Part shown: piece by piece, positions 9,601 to 18,044 of the stretch
Position numbering within the stretch: position 1 is the stretch's first letter
Layout: each line of letters opens with the position of its first letter
Assembly (NCBI GenBank): GCA_963666835.2
Contig: CAXXGO010000006.1
Coordinates: forward strand, 1,280,001-1,344,000
From: Phycisphaerae bacterium
GTDB taxonomy: Bacteria; Planctomycetota; Phycisphaerae; UBA1845
Direction: 5' to 3'
DNA: 64,000 bases
The notes under the pieces: model-generated
Seen by the model: only the letters and a program-made list of their open reading frames with translations
Database searches by the model: none
Told to the model about the DNA's origin: nothing
Program-made: the position numbers and the translations under genes

Positions 9601-11462
9601 TCCTGACGGCCACGAACTGCAAGGAAGATGATGACGATGGCTTCATCGTGATTAGTGACCGGGCCAACGAGGTCCGGCTCGCGGACGACTTCCGCCCGGC
9701 CGGCACGCAGATCGGCGAGCTTTGCTGGACTGCGGGTTACTACGGTGGAGGCGACGGTGTTGGTAACTTCGAGTGTGCCGATGCCCCGCCGCCGGACAAC
9801 TGGGTTGTGCGCTTCTATCAGGATGCTGCCGGTGTTCCCGGTGCTGAGGTTGGTACGCCTGGTGGTCAGACGCTGACGATTCTGGCGTCGAACCAGCACG
9901 GTGGCGGAAGCCGCCTCTGGGACTATGCCGCCAGTATTCCGACCGCGGTGTTCGTAACGCCGGGTGAGTGCTACTGGATGGAACTCACCGGTATGGGTGA
10001 AGGTCCGACAGGTTGCCACACGTACTGGTCGACTGCTCTCGAGGGCAACGACTACAGCATGCGGGACAATCTGGATTACGGTAACTACGGTCCGGAGGAC
10101 GTTGACAATCTGGACATGATCTTCTGTGTCGATACGGGTCTCTCGGGCACCAGCGACTGCGGTGATATTCTCGCGGCCTGCTGCACCTGCCCGGGTTGCA
10201 CGCCTGATCTGACTCAGGAAGAGTGCGTTGACGATCTGGAAGGTGTCTGGCGTTTGGGTAACACCTGTGCGACAGCCGCATGTCCGGACGTTGCCCCGTA
10301 CAACGAAGAGTGCGACGATGCCGAGACGGATACGGCGGCGGATACCTGGGTATGCCGCGGCGGTACCAACGACGGCAACCCGTGCGACATCGCCAACGTC
10401 CACGGCGACTGCCCGGATGACGGCGACGACATCGGGTACTGCGTTGCTTATCGCATTGTCGGGTTCGAGAACGTCTGTGCGGCTCGCGAGAATACCGCCA
10501 ATCCGCCGACCGAATGCGGAGGCACCGGTAATCTGCGTTACGACATCTGGTACCAGTACACCGCGCCGGGAACCGGTGAGTTCAAGGTGTCGATGTGCCC
10601 GTCGGATGTCTGTGATGGAGCGCTGTGGGATACCATGGTCGCCATCTATGATTCCGACACGTGCCCGATGGTAGCGGATGACGAGATGCTCTGCGGCGAC
10701 GACGAGTGCGACTCGGCCGGTCCGTCGGAGATCACGGTTTCCGTCACTTCCGGTCAGACGTACACGGTTCGGATCGGTGGTTGGTCAGCTCCGCTCACCT
10801 ACGGTAACCCGCGTGGTTGGGGTGAGGTTGAGTTCAGCTTCATCGATGGCGATGCCGCCTACGAGCCGCCGGTTGCGGCGCCTGCCCCCGAGAATGGCCC
10901 GAAGAACCGGTACATCTCGATCAGGTCGGCGAACGTCGGTAGCCCGGTTGCGCTGCAGGTGATCGTAGCGTCCAGCCAGTACTTCCCGGATTCGGTCGGC
11001 GAGACCAAGTATGTCGGTGCGCAGACGCCTAGCGGTTACTATCCGCTGATTGAGACTCCGCTGCTACAGGTCTGGCCGGAAGAGGATCTGCACATCTTCG
11101 ATTGCATGATCCACCCGGTCGCTACCTTCGAGGTGCGGGCCGGTGACGGAGCAGGTACTTGGTCCGATCCGCTGGTTATCGCTACGATTACCAAGCCTGG
11201 TGGGAAGAATCACGGCGACATCGTCGGGTCCTTCACTGGTACGTGGCAGCCGCCGGAAGGCAACATGAGTATGAACGACCTGATGGCCGCGCTGCAGGCG
11301 TTCGGTAATGCCGCGACGGCTCCGCCGAAGCACTGGGCGGACGTACATGATGACGGCCCGAACCAGTTGGTGAATATGTCGGACGTTCTGTTGTTGGTGA
11401 ACGCGTTCGGTGGTTCTGCGTATCCGTACAATCCGGGTACCGCGGCCGTACCGTGTAGCTGA
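6675..11462 (+). CDS. Giant (~1595 aa) secreted Cys/Asp-rich repeat protein with C-terminal KxRY/dockerin-like module
   Basis: Long ORF; GGAGG RBS at 6661; signal-like N-terminus; several GACC/AACC motifs; three CxGGxNxGxxC motifs; PPC-like domain; C-terminal ~185 aa alignable by eye to the S8 C-terminus. Confidence 0.88.
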   Translation: MKGKGYLKWRPVLAALAVGMIAYGLSLHGAPAGQEPSGDLGGNDVVVNVGGVPDAGSAMSRSETMMAAPREEFRVREAIMISAEPAGGASALARGTTPVGGACDCDAECVEPGADECLVAACINGVCAHRPQLVGNPCDLDGLYCTRDECMLSGEDVVCVAKSDGAGGALSPCAKTCVGGDNAGNWCYEAEDCPAGSCMPRSSGGATAVCNETEDWCELSTGMGRCCNGLTCSLATEASCTGGGGKWLRIGNPDDLGHCWCPEYGSGIAPRGDETDEVAEVIGTYKICTYTEDACYVDNDCRKVCDDGNYAICDDNDDCDAGISCIANPCVADVDQCQDGYLTIGDDYSLESGKAMRLNEFRFRGGAQDIGEAMLFMFFDANGLFVDSFSATMGLPGIHYYGYGIDCYPDCDINPDNGDSPENPPFVIPAEGFVVMRGYVDSTDHETTTSATWASTDAVDIGLNDAAEMWWDIGAGEVIGDFPDLATDILAFELVGQVIDSGIQPEGACCTVEGAVGVCNNTYMWECGICAEHPDAACSWYRDCPPGDYCTFKNWFGPTSHDDLVGGVTEDCATFTGCTVGACCAADGSCTPDTTPGDCDTAGGTFLGFATSCEPNCCPPPDTETGADAACDVWQCHDGTDWVDPYDMCGASDPDDPDCDTGAGETCMLRASGPTEYTINIPAFGAAPNTFTFMGDASGHDPYFTEVDGDDCNLGGEVDDGWYEAFVVVNNDADEFDCAIVTIDFCCTDPIQTPVYIVMKDCCPCPGGICWVTLDQNPDGTTKSGWGPDCDVEVDGVDHCCQDDNFTGQFMVPSGRYSWQIPSGMVCDDTTYDCQDDDDCQPGVPCVSTAGPYTGHVTVEECPRAACCLNLCVGGTNDGEYCEDDAGCPGGACNNVCEIRTKLTCEDHGGDFLSFDTGTVVTCAASPCATGACCTGAGTCEDGAAYDTEVECEAAGGVYHGYVQCDEHEPCDVCPFLTATNCKEDDDDGFIVISDRANEVRLADDFRPAGTQIGELCWTAGYYGGGDGVGNFECADAPPPDNWVVRFYQDAAGVPGAEVGTPGGQTLTILASNQHGGGSRLWDYAASIPTAVFVTPGECYWMELTGMGEGPTGCHTYWSTALEGNDYSMRDNLDYGNYGPEDVDNLDMIFCVDTGLSGTSDCGDILAACCTCPGCTPDLTQEECVDDLEGVWRLGNTCATAACPDVAPYNEECDDAETDTAADTWVCRGGTNDGNPCDIANVHGDCPDDGDDIGYCVAYRIVGFENVCAARENTANPPTECGGTGNLRYDIWYQYTAPGTGEFKVSMCPSDVCDGALWDTMVAIYDSDTCPMVADDEMLCGDDECDSAGPSEITVSVTSGQTYTVRIGGWSAPLTYGNPRGWGEVEFSFIDGDAAYEPPVAAPAPENGPKNRYISIRSANVGSPVALQVIVASSQYFPDSVGETKYVGAQTPSGYYPLIETPLLQVWPEEDLHIFDCMIHPVATFEVRAGDGAGTWSDPLVIATITKPGGKNHGDIVGSFTGTWQPPEGNMSMNDLMAALQAFGNAATAPPKHWADVHDDGPNQLVNMSDVLLLVNAFGGSAYPYNPGTAAVPCS

Positions 11463-11486
11463 TTAGGTTGATTGACTGAGACCCTT

Positions 11487-11518
11487 CGGGGTGGGTGGGC
11501 ATCGGCCCGCCCACCCCG
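11487..11518 (+). other. Strong intergenic hairpin (terminator or mRNA stabiliser)
   Basis: CGGGGTGGGTGGGC-ATCG-GCCCGCCCACCCCG, 14-bp stem 25 nt after the stop codon. Confidence 0.55.
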
Positions 11519-11750
11519 CCGGGGTCATCGGAATTTGAAATAGAGGTGTGCGAGACCCGCTAGAAGGAAGAAAGGAGTTGTGGAGGAGGTGGGCCCGCCA
11601 AGCCCGCATAGGTGGTTGTTGGGTGTCATCTTGTCGGTGCGAGCGAGTTTCTTCCGGCCGCGCCCTGGGATGATGGAATGATTGGATTACAATTTTGTGG
11701 TACAGGTAGGTTTGGGGAACGGTTTCCCTATTTCTTTGGAGGTATGGAAA

Positions 11751-14396
11751 ATGAAAGCAGGTAGGTTGTGTTGTGTTTTGGTTGTTGGGCTGCTTGCGGT
11801 AAGCGCCTACGGCCAGGAGCTCAGGTGGCAGCCGGTCTCGTCGTCGGGGACATTCTCGGTCGACGACAACATGGGCACGCCGGGTACGCCGTCTGAGATC
11901 TTGATTCCGGCCGGTGGCGTCACCGTCACGCTCGAGTTGAAGGTTAGCGGTTGGGGTGAGGCTCCCGGGGCGCCGCTGCTGGGTGCCTATCAGGGTACGT
12001 TGGATAGCGCGGCTTCGTACAGCAACGGCGTTGGCGCGGACATTGGTCCGCTCAACCCGCTGACCGAAGACGGCTTGTTCATTGACACCGCCCGGGCGGA
12101 CTTCGTGTACTTCGGCCGCACGCCGTTGGCCGCGGTGTTTGTCGGCACGTTGGACTACGAGATGGGTTCGACCTGCATGGGTGGTTTCCCGCCCGACCCG
12201 GGTATTATCCAGTACGGTGCTACGCTGATTCTGGACATCCCGGCTGCCGCGAAGGGCACGTACGAGATCACGTTGAACCCGGACTCGTCGAAGACGTTCT
12301 TGAACAACGATATCGCCGAGTTGATTCCGGGTCTGGTTCGCACGACCGGTCTCGTGACGATCGTCACGGGCCAGTGCTGCTATGACCTCGGACCGGCTGT
12401 CCAGTGTGCTGATGGCATCACGGAAGCTGAGTGCGATGCTCTTACCAGTCCGGGTAAGGCGTATCTCTTCTACGGCGGCGATAATTGCTCGACGCGCGTG
12501 TGCCCGAGCTGTCAGACGAACGCCGACTGCAATGACAATGACGATTGCACGGATGACACGTGCAACACTGCGACGTATCTTTGCACGAACGCGCCGATCT
12601 ACAACGTGCTGACCGAGTGCTGCGATCCGGATGGCGCTGGCATCACGTTGATCGACGACGGCCTCATCTGCACCGAGGATGTCTGCGATCCGGATACCGG
12701 TGACGTTGCCCACAACCCGTTGGCGGCCGGCACGACTTGCGATGACGGCAATCCGTGCTCGATCGACGACGAGTGTGACGGTACGGGCGATGCTGGTGCA
12801 TGTGCGGGTACCTTCCCGGGCGATGCGATGATCGCTTGCACCGTGCTGGCTGATTGCCCGACCGGTTGGTTCTGCGAGAATGAGGATATGTCCTCGCCGA
12901 TGTACGGCTTCTGCGATTGCAGTCTGCAGACCCCGCTGTGCATCGAGTTCGACGGTGTCTGCTACGAAGAGGGTGATCCGGTCATCGCGACCGTCGCCAT
13001 TGGTGCAGGTTCCGCGATCGTAACGAGTGGTCAGTTCCTGATGACGTATGATCCGACCTGTCTCGAGTTCGTAGACATCGGACCGTGCGAAGGTGACGAT
13101 CAGTTCCTGCTGGAGGTTGACTCCTGGGTCGACGAAGTTGCCGGTAAGATCTGGTACGCCGTTCTGGCGGCTGACGATGCGATGACCCCGAACGAGGGCA
13201 CGGTCGGTCCGTACGACATGGCCTGCATCGAGTTCACCAAGTTGGGCGAGTGCGACCCGTGTGGCATGTGCTTCATCAGCGAGAACCCGTACAACACCCT
13301 GCTGGGTGACTATCACGGTGCGAATGTTCCGCTGGATAACTGTGGCTGCAGCGACGAGATCGTTCTCGACGGCGAAGTCACGATCGTCTGCCCCGAGGGT
13401 GCCGACGTGAATGTGGACTGCGGCGTTGTCGATGCCGAGGTTCTGTGGGATCCGCCTTACGCCGAGGACGAGTGCCTGGGCGCTTTGGACGTTGTCTGCA
13501 TTGCCGAGCACGATGGTGGCCTGCCGATTTCGCAGGACATGATCATGAACGGTGGCAACTTCCCGCAGGGTAAGACGTACTTCCACTGCATCGCGGAGAA
13601 TGAGTGCGAGAGCACTGCCGAGTGTGTCTGGACCGTCAATGTTTCGGACAAGCAGACCCTGGACGTTGAGGTTGACCTCTCGCCGGCGGTCGTTCCGGGC
13701 GCTCTGACGCGTTGCATCATGTTCGACCTGATCTACAACTGCGCCGCCCCGCAGACGGTTTGCGCGGAAGTCACGTTCGGTCCGCCGTACAACTTCCCGA
13801 ACCACGGTGTGGCGACGCTGGATGTGGATAAGGGCAACTTCGAGTGCATCGAGGCGCGTGATCCGCTCCATACGCTGCGTTCGTTCAGCGACATCGAGTG
13901 CGACGAGGTTACGGGCAATTGGAAGGTCGTCTTCAAGGGCGATCCGCTAATTGGCGGCAACTGGTTGGTCCCGGGTAACCTGGACTTCTATCAGGTTGGC
14001 GACAATGGCCCGAACCACGTTGACGTTCTGGACTTCGGTGTCTACATGTGGCAGATCGGTGCGGATTACGGCACCGGTAACACCGAGTGTGGCGAAGACT
14101 GTGCGTACGGTTCGTTCCCGAATGCCGACCTGAACGGTGACGGCATCGTGGACGTGGACGACTTCGATCTCATCGACGCCAACTTCATGGCTGAGAGCAA
14201 GCTCGGGTGCTGCGGTTACGCGACCGCCGGCGCTTCGGAGCCGGTGCTCGACATCAGCGTGAAGGAACTCATCCGCGACGGTCGCGGTGAGCTGGCCGCT
14301 GGTGATATCAACAACGACGGACGTCTGAACCTCGAGGACATGGCTCTGTACGCACAGGGTGCTGTCCAGATCCAGAAGGGGAAGCGCGTTCGCTAG
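11751..14396 (+). CDS. Secreted protein with cohesin-like domains, Cys-rich repeats, HYR-like domain and C-terminal dockerin/EF-hand loops
   Basis: GGAGG RBS; signal peptide (...AVSAYG/Q); Ca-loop motifs ADLNGDGIVDVDDF and GDINNDGRLNLED; HYR-like IVCPEG...WDPPYAED...FPQGKT; cohesin-like GQFLMTYDPTCLEFV. Confidence 0.88.
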   Translation: MKAGRLCCVLVVGLLAVSAYGQELRWQPVSSSGTFSVDDNMGTPGTPSEILIPAGGVTVTLELKVSGWGEAPGAPLLGAYQGTLDSAASYSNGVGADIGPLNPLTEDGLFIDTARADFVYFGRTPLAAVFVGTLDYEMGSTCMGGFPPDPGIIQYGATLILDIPAAAKGTYEITLNPDSSKTFLNNDIAELIPGLVRTTGLVTIVTGQCCYDLGPAVQCADGITEAECDALTSPGKAYLFYGGDNCSTRVCPSCQTNADCNDNDDCTDDTCNTATYLCTNAPIYNVLTECCDPDGAGITLIDDGLICTEDVCDPDTGDVAHNPLAAGTTCDDGNPCSIDDECDGTGDAGACAGTFPGDAMIACTVLADCPTGWFCENEDMSSPMYGFCDCSLQTPLCIEFDGVCYEEGDPVIATVAIGAGSAIVTSGQFLMTYDPTCLEFVDIGPCEGDDQFLLEVDSWVDEVAGKIWYAVLAADDAMTPNEGTVGPYDMACIEFTKLGECDPCGMCFISENPYNTLLGDYHGANVPLDNCGCSDEIVLDGEVTIVCPEGADVNVDCGVVDAEVLWDPPYAEDECLGALDVVCIAEHDGGLPISQDMIMNGGNFPQGKTYFHCIAENECESTAECVWTVNVSDKQTLDVEVDLSPAVVPGALTRCIMFDLIYNCAAPQTVCAEVTFGPPYNFPNHGVATLDVDKGNFECIEARDPLHTLRSFSDIECDEVTGNWKVVFKGDPLIGGNWLVPGNLDFYQVGDNGPNHVDVLDFGVYMWQIGADYGTGNTECGEDCAYGSFPNADLNGDGIVDVDDFDLIDANFMAESKLGCCGYATAGASEPVLDISVKELIRDGRGELAAGDINNDGRLNLEDMALYAQGAVQIQKGKRVR

Positions 14397-14449
14397 TTGA
14401 ACGTAAGTCGGACTAGGAAGGGTTTCGGCTCTTTCTAGGCTCGAACCTT

Positions 14450-14498
14450 GAGGAGGCAGCGTGTGGCGGCAACGTCATACGCTGCCTTCCTCTTTTTT
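14450..14498 (+). terminator. Rho-independent terminator
   Basis: GAGGAGGCAGCGTGTGGCG-GCAA-CGTCATACGCTGCCTTCCTC followed by TTTTTT. Confidence 0.8.
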
Positions 14499-14520
14499 AC
14501 CGACCGAGAAAGAAGCTCAC

Positions 14521-15359
14521 GGCAGGTCTCGTTCCTCGACCGTGCCCTACGGAGGACGACCGAACTCGCGGGTGGCATGGGTCAACTTGTTGACCCGTGG
14601 GGATTCTGGCGCGTGCCGCCGTCTTCGTAGCGCAGGCTTCCAGCCTGCAGCAGTCGATGGCAGGTCTCGTACCTCGACCGTGCCCTACGGGGTGGCGTAG
14701 CGGTTGTAGGGCAGGTCGAGGTACGAGACCTGCCACGAAGGCGGACACGTTGGCCGGGTGGCTCACCTCTTTGGAGGTGGGGGACTCGAATCGCGACGCG
14801 AGTCTCGTGGGACGCGCGTTATTGCGGCAGGTCTCGTTCCTCGACCATGCCCTACGGGGTGGCGTAGCGGTTGTAGGGCAGGTCGAGGTACGAGACCTGC
14901 CACGAAGGCGAACACGTTGGCCGGGTGGCCCACCTCTTTGGAGGTGGGGGACTCGAATCGCGACGCGAGTCTCGTGGGGCGCGCGTTATTGCGGCAGGTC
15001 TCGTTCCTCGACCGTGCCCTACGAAGGGCGTAGCGCAGGCTTGCAGCAGTCGATGGCAGGTCTCGTTCCTCGACCGTGCCCTACGGGGTGGCGTAGCGGT
15101 TGTAGGGCAGGTCGAGGTACGAGACCTGCCACGAAGGCGAACACGTTGGCCGGGTGGCCCACCTCTTTGGAGGTGGAGGACTCGAATCGCGACGCGAGTC
15201 TCGTGGGGCGCGGGTGTTTGCGGCAGGTCTCGTTCCTCGACCATGCCCTACGAAGGGCGTAGCGCAGGCTTGCAGCAGTCGATGGCAGGTCTCGTTCCTC
15301 GACCATGCCCTACGGGGTGGCGTAGCGGTTGTAGGGCAGGTCGAGGTACGAGACCTGCC
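14521..15359. repeat. REP/BIME-like cluster upstream of RAYT (11 copies of REP-A, GTAGGGCA(C)GGTCGAGG(A/T)ACGAGACCTGCC, in both orientations)
   Basis: GTAG head plus imperfect palindrome GGCA.GGTC/GACCTGCC; composite units of ~167 and ~229 bp with near-identical linkers. Confidence 0.9.
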
Positions 15360-15421
15360 ACGAAGGCGGACGCATGGACGTTGTTCTTGTGCGTCCATTG
15401 TGGGAGAGGTACGATCGCCCC

Positions 15422-15967
15422 ATGCCCAGCTATGTACGTTGGCGAGAGGTGGGCGCGACGTACTTCTTTACCGTGGTTACGTATAAGCGCCGTCACATCT
15501 TCTCGGATGAGGGTGCCCGGCGGATCCTGCGAGAGGCATTTGCGTTCGTGGGTCGCCGATTGCCTTTTGAGATGCCGGCTTGCGTTCTTCTTCCTGACCA
15601 TCTGCATTGTGTTTGGGTTCTTGCTGATGGTGACGACGACTTCCCGCGCCGATGGCGGCAGATCAAAGAGCGGTTCACGCGAGGCTTCGTGGAAACGGGT
15701 GGGGTGGCGTTGGGGGTAACCGATCAACAACGCGCGCAAGGGCGCGTGGGAATCTGGCAGCCCCGATATTATGAGCATCGTATCCGCGGTGAACGCGACT
15801 ACCTGCAGCATCGTGATTACATACACCTCAATCCGGTGAAGCATGGGTATGTGAACGCTCCGGAAGATTGGCAGTGGTCGAGCTTCCATCGGCACGTAGC
15901 GCTCGGGTGGCTCGATCCCCATTGGCCAGGGTCGTCCGCGGTTGCGCTTCCGGATGTGCGTGAGTAG
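15422..15967 (+). CDS. rayT: REP-associated tyrosine transposase (RAYT/TnpA-REP, Y1 HUH family)
   Basis: TYFFTVVT N-terminal motif, HUH motif PDHLH, WQPRYYEHRIR, catalytic Tyr in DYIHLNPVKHG, W.WSSF tail; flanked by REPs. Confidence 0.92.
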   Translation: MPSYVRWREVGATYFFTVVTYKRRHIFSDEGARRILREAFAFVGRRLPFEMPACVLLPDHLHCVWVLADGDDDFPRRWRQIKERFTRGFVETGGVALGVTDQQRAQGRVGIWQPRYYEHRIRGERDYLQHRDYIHLNPVKHGYVNAPEDWQWSSFHRHVALGWLDPHWPGSSAVALPDVRE

Positions 15968-16005
15968 TGAGGTTGCGGCAGTTTTCGTGGGCTGCGGGTG
16001 TTTGC

Positions 16006-16335
16006 GGCAGGTCTCGTTCCTCGACCGTGCCCTACGGGGGGATCGTGTCGTGCGGAGCGTTCGTGGAAGGTCATGTGCGTCGGGGTGGTTTGTGGCAGGT
16101 CTCGTACCTCGACCGTGCCCTACGAAGGGCGTAGCGCAGGCTTGCAGCAGTCGGTGGCAGGTCTCGTACCTCGACCGTGCCCTGCGGGGGGATCGTGTCG
16201 TGCGGAGCGTTCGTGGAAGGTCATGTGCGTCGGGGTGGTTTGCGGCAGGTCTCGTACCTCGACCGTGCCCTACGAAGGGCGTAGCGCAGGCTTGCAGCAG
16301 TCGGTGGCAGGTCTCGTTCCTCGACCGTGCCCTAC
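16006..16335 (-). repeat. REP cluster downstream of RAYT (5 REP-A copies, 150-bp period)
   Basis: GGCAGGTCTCGT(T/A)CCTCGACCGTGCCCTAC at about 16006, 16093, 16156, 16244 and 16306. Confidence 0.9.
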
Positions 16336-16462
16336 GGGGCGAAGGTCGATTGCGGCGAACGGGGTTGGAGGAGTCGTTGACGTGCGGGGTGTAGGCCGGT
16401 ACACTCCCGCCTTGGACACCGGCGCGGACAGTCAACCACGTACAGGATGTTTGAAGCCATCC

Positions 16463-17887
16463 GTGCACACGCCTTCTGTCAGACATTATTGCGGACTGTT
16501 CGGCATCTACGGTCATGACGATGCCGTCCCGCTGACCCACCTTGGGCTCTACGCGCAGCAACACCGCGGGCAGGAATCGGCCGGGATCGTATCGACGAAC
16601 GGCGACGTCCTCCGGCGGTGCGCCGGGCTGGGTTTGGTCAACCAAGTATTCAATAAGCGCAACCTTGCCGAAATACGGGGCCGGGTGGCGATCGGGCATA
16701 CCAGGTACTCGACGACGGGCTCTTCCACGGCGGCCAACAGCCAGCCGCTGCTGTTCTCGTTTGCGGGTGGGCAGGTTGCGATTGCCCACAACGGGAACCT
16801 GATCAACGCGGCTCTGTTGCGGCGCAACTACGAGGCGGTCGGCCACATCTACCAGACGACGAGTGACACGGAGGTGATCATTCACCTTCTGGCCAAGCCG
16901 GCCCACCAGGCGAAGGGTCGCCCGCTGGATCACGTGTTGAATCACCTGCAGGGCGCGTATGCAGTTCTGTTGCTGTTTCCGGACCGGATGGTGGCAGCAC
17001 GCGATCCGCTGGGGTTCAAGCCGCTGTGTCTGGGCAGAATGGACAACGGGGCGACCGTGATCGCGTCGGAGACTAAGGCGTTCGACATGATCGACGCCAG
17101 TTACGTACGCGATGTGGAGCCGGGTGAGGTTGTGACGGTTAGCGATGAAGGCGTGCAAAGTCGGCGCTTCGGCACAGTCGGTGACGATCGCGGTGCGGCC
17201 TGTATCTTCGAGCAGATTTACTTTGCCGACCCGTCCAGTCTGATCTTCGGCGAGAACGTCCACATGGTGCGGCAGGCGATGGGCCGGTGTTTGGCGCGGG
17301 AAGCGCCCGTTGAGGCGGATTTGGTCGTTCCGATCCCCACGTGCGCTCAATGTGCGGCTACCGGATACGCCGACGAGAGCGGGATTCCGTACGGGCGGGC
17401 GTTTACCACCAGCCACTATGCCGGGCGTTCGTTCATCATGCCGACGCAGTCCGGGCGGGACATGGCCGTGAAGATGAAGCTGACCGTGATCAAAGAGGCG
17501 GTGGCCGGCAAACGGTTGGTCGTAGTGGAGGATTCGGTCGTGCGGGGCACGACGACACGGGGGAAGATCGGGGCACTGCGTCGGGCGGGTGCGAAGGAGA
17601 TTCACCTTCGGGTGGCGAGTCCTCCGATCCGGCACCCGTGCTATTTCGGGATAGACTTTCCGAGCCAGACGGAGCTGGTGGCGCACGAGCGATCGGTGAA
17701 GCAGATCGGTGAGTACGTGGGCGTCGACTCGCTTTCGTATATTTCGCACGAGGGGATGCTCTCGTGCGTGAAAATGAAACCGGAGAAGTATTGCACGGCG
17801 TGTTTCTCCGGGAAGTACCCGATGGACGTAGAGGAGCCGGTCGAGAAGTTCGCGATGGAGCGGAACCAGTTGCGTATCTTCACGTAG
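16463..17887 (+). CDS. purF: Amidophosphoribosyltransferase
   Basis: Propeptide then CGLFG, QHRGQESAG, GHTRYST, AHNGN, PRPP motif VVEDSVVRGTT, CTACFSG. Start is approximate (GTG 16463 or TTG 16451). Confidence 0.95.
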   Translation: MHTPSVRHYCGLFGIYGHDDAVPLTHLGLYAQQHRGQESAGIVSTNGDVLRRCAGLGLVNQVFNKRNLAEIRGRVAIGHTRYSTTGSSTAANSQPLLFSFAGGQVAIAHNGNLINAALLRRNYEAVGHIYQTTSDTEVIIHLLAKPAHQAKGRPLDHVLNHLQGAYAVLLLFPDRMVAARDPLGFKPLCLGRMDNGATVIASETKAFDMIDASYVRDVEPGEVVTVSDEGVQSRRFGTVGDDRGAACIFEQIYFADPSSLIFGENVHMVRQAMGRCLAREAPVEADLVVPIPTCAQCAATGYADESGIPYGRAFTTSHYAGRSFIMPTQSGRDMAVKMKLTVIKEAVAGKRLVVVEDSVVRGTTTRGKIGALRRAGAKEIHLRVASPPIRHPCYFGIDFPSQTELVAHERSVKQIGEYVGVDSLSYISHEGMLSCVKMKPEKYCTACFSGKYPMDVEEPVEKFAMERNQLRIFT

Positions 17888-18044
17888 GCGGGTTGCGAAA
17901 ACGGTTTCCCCGGGGCTTTTGTGACAGACCTGCGTCACTGCCGGGGGGCGGCTCGGGGCGACATTGCGACTTATGCGGGGGTTGCTCGAGCGGGCGGCAG
18001 TGACGGGCCGCGGCACGTGATTCGACAGGGAGAGTTCGGCGGAA

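Noticed and set aside
6657..13871. Very long antisense ORFs (1248 aa and 802 aa) suggesting overlapping genes
   Set aside because: Expected shadow of strongly biased GC-rich codon usage on the + strand; no motifs.
14521..16335. CRISPR array (30-bp partly palindromic repeats)
   Set aside because: Spacers are repeated rather than unique, repeats occur in both orientations, there are no cas genes, and a RAYT sits in the middle.
15998..16462. 155-aa N-terminal extension of PurF in the ORF track
   Set aside because: It is read-through of the REP array; PurF needs its catalytic Cys near the N-terminus (HYCGLFG).
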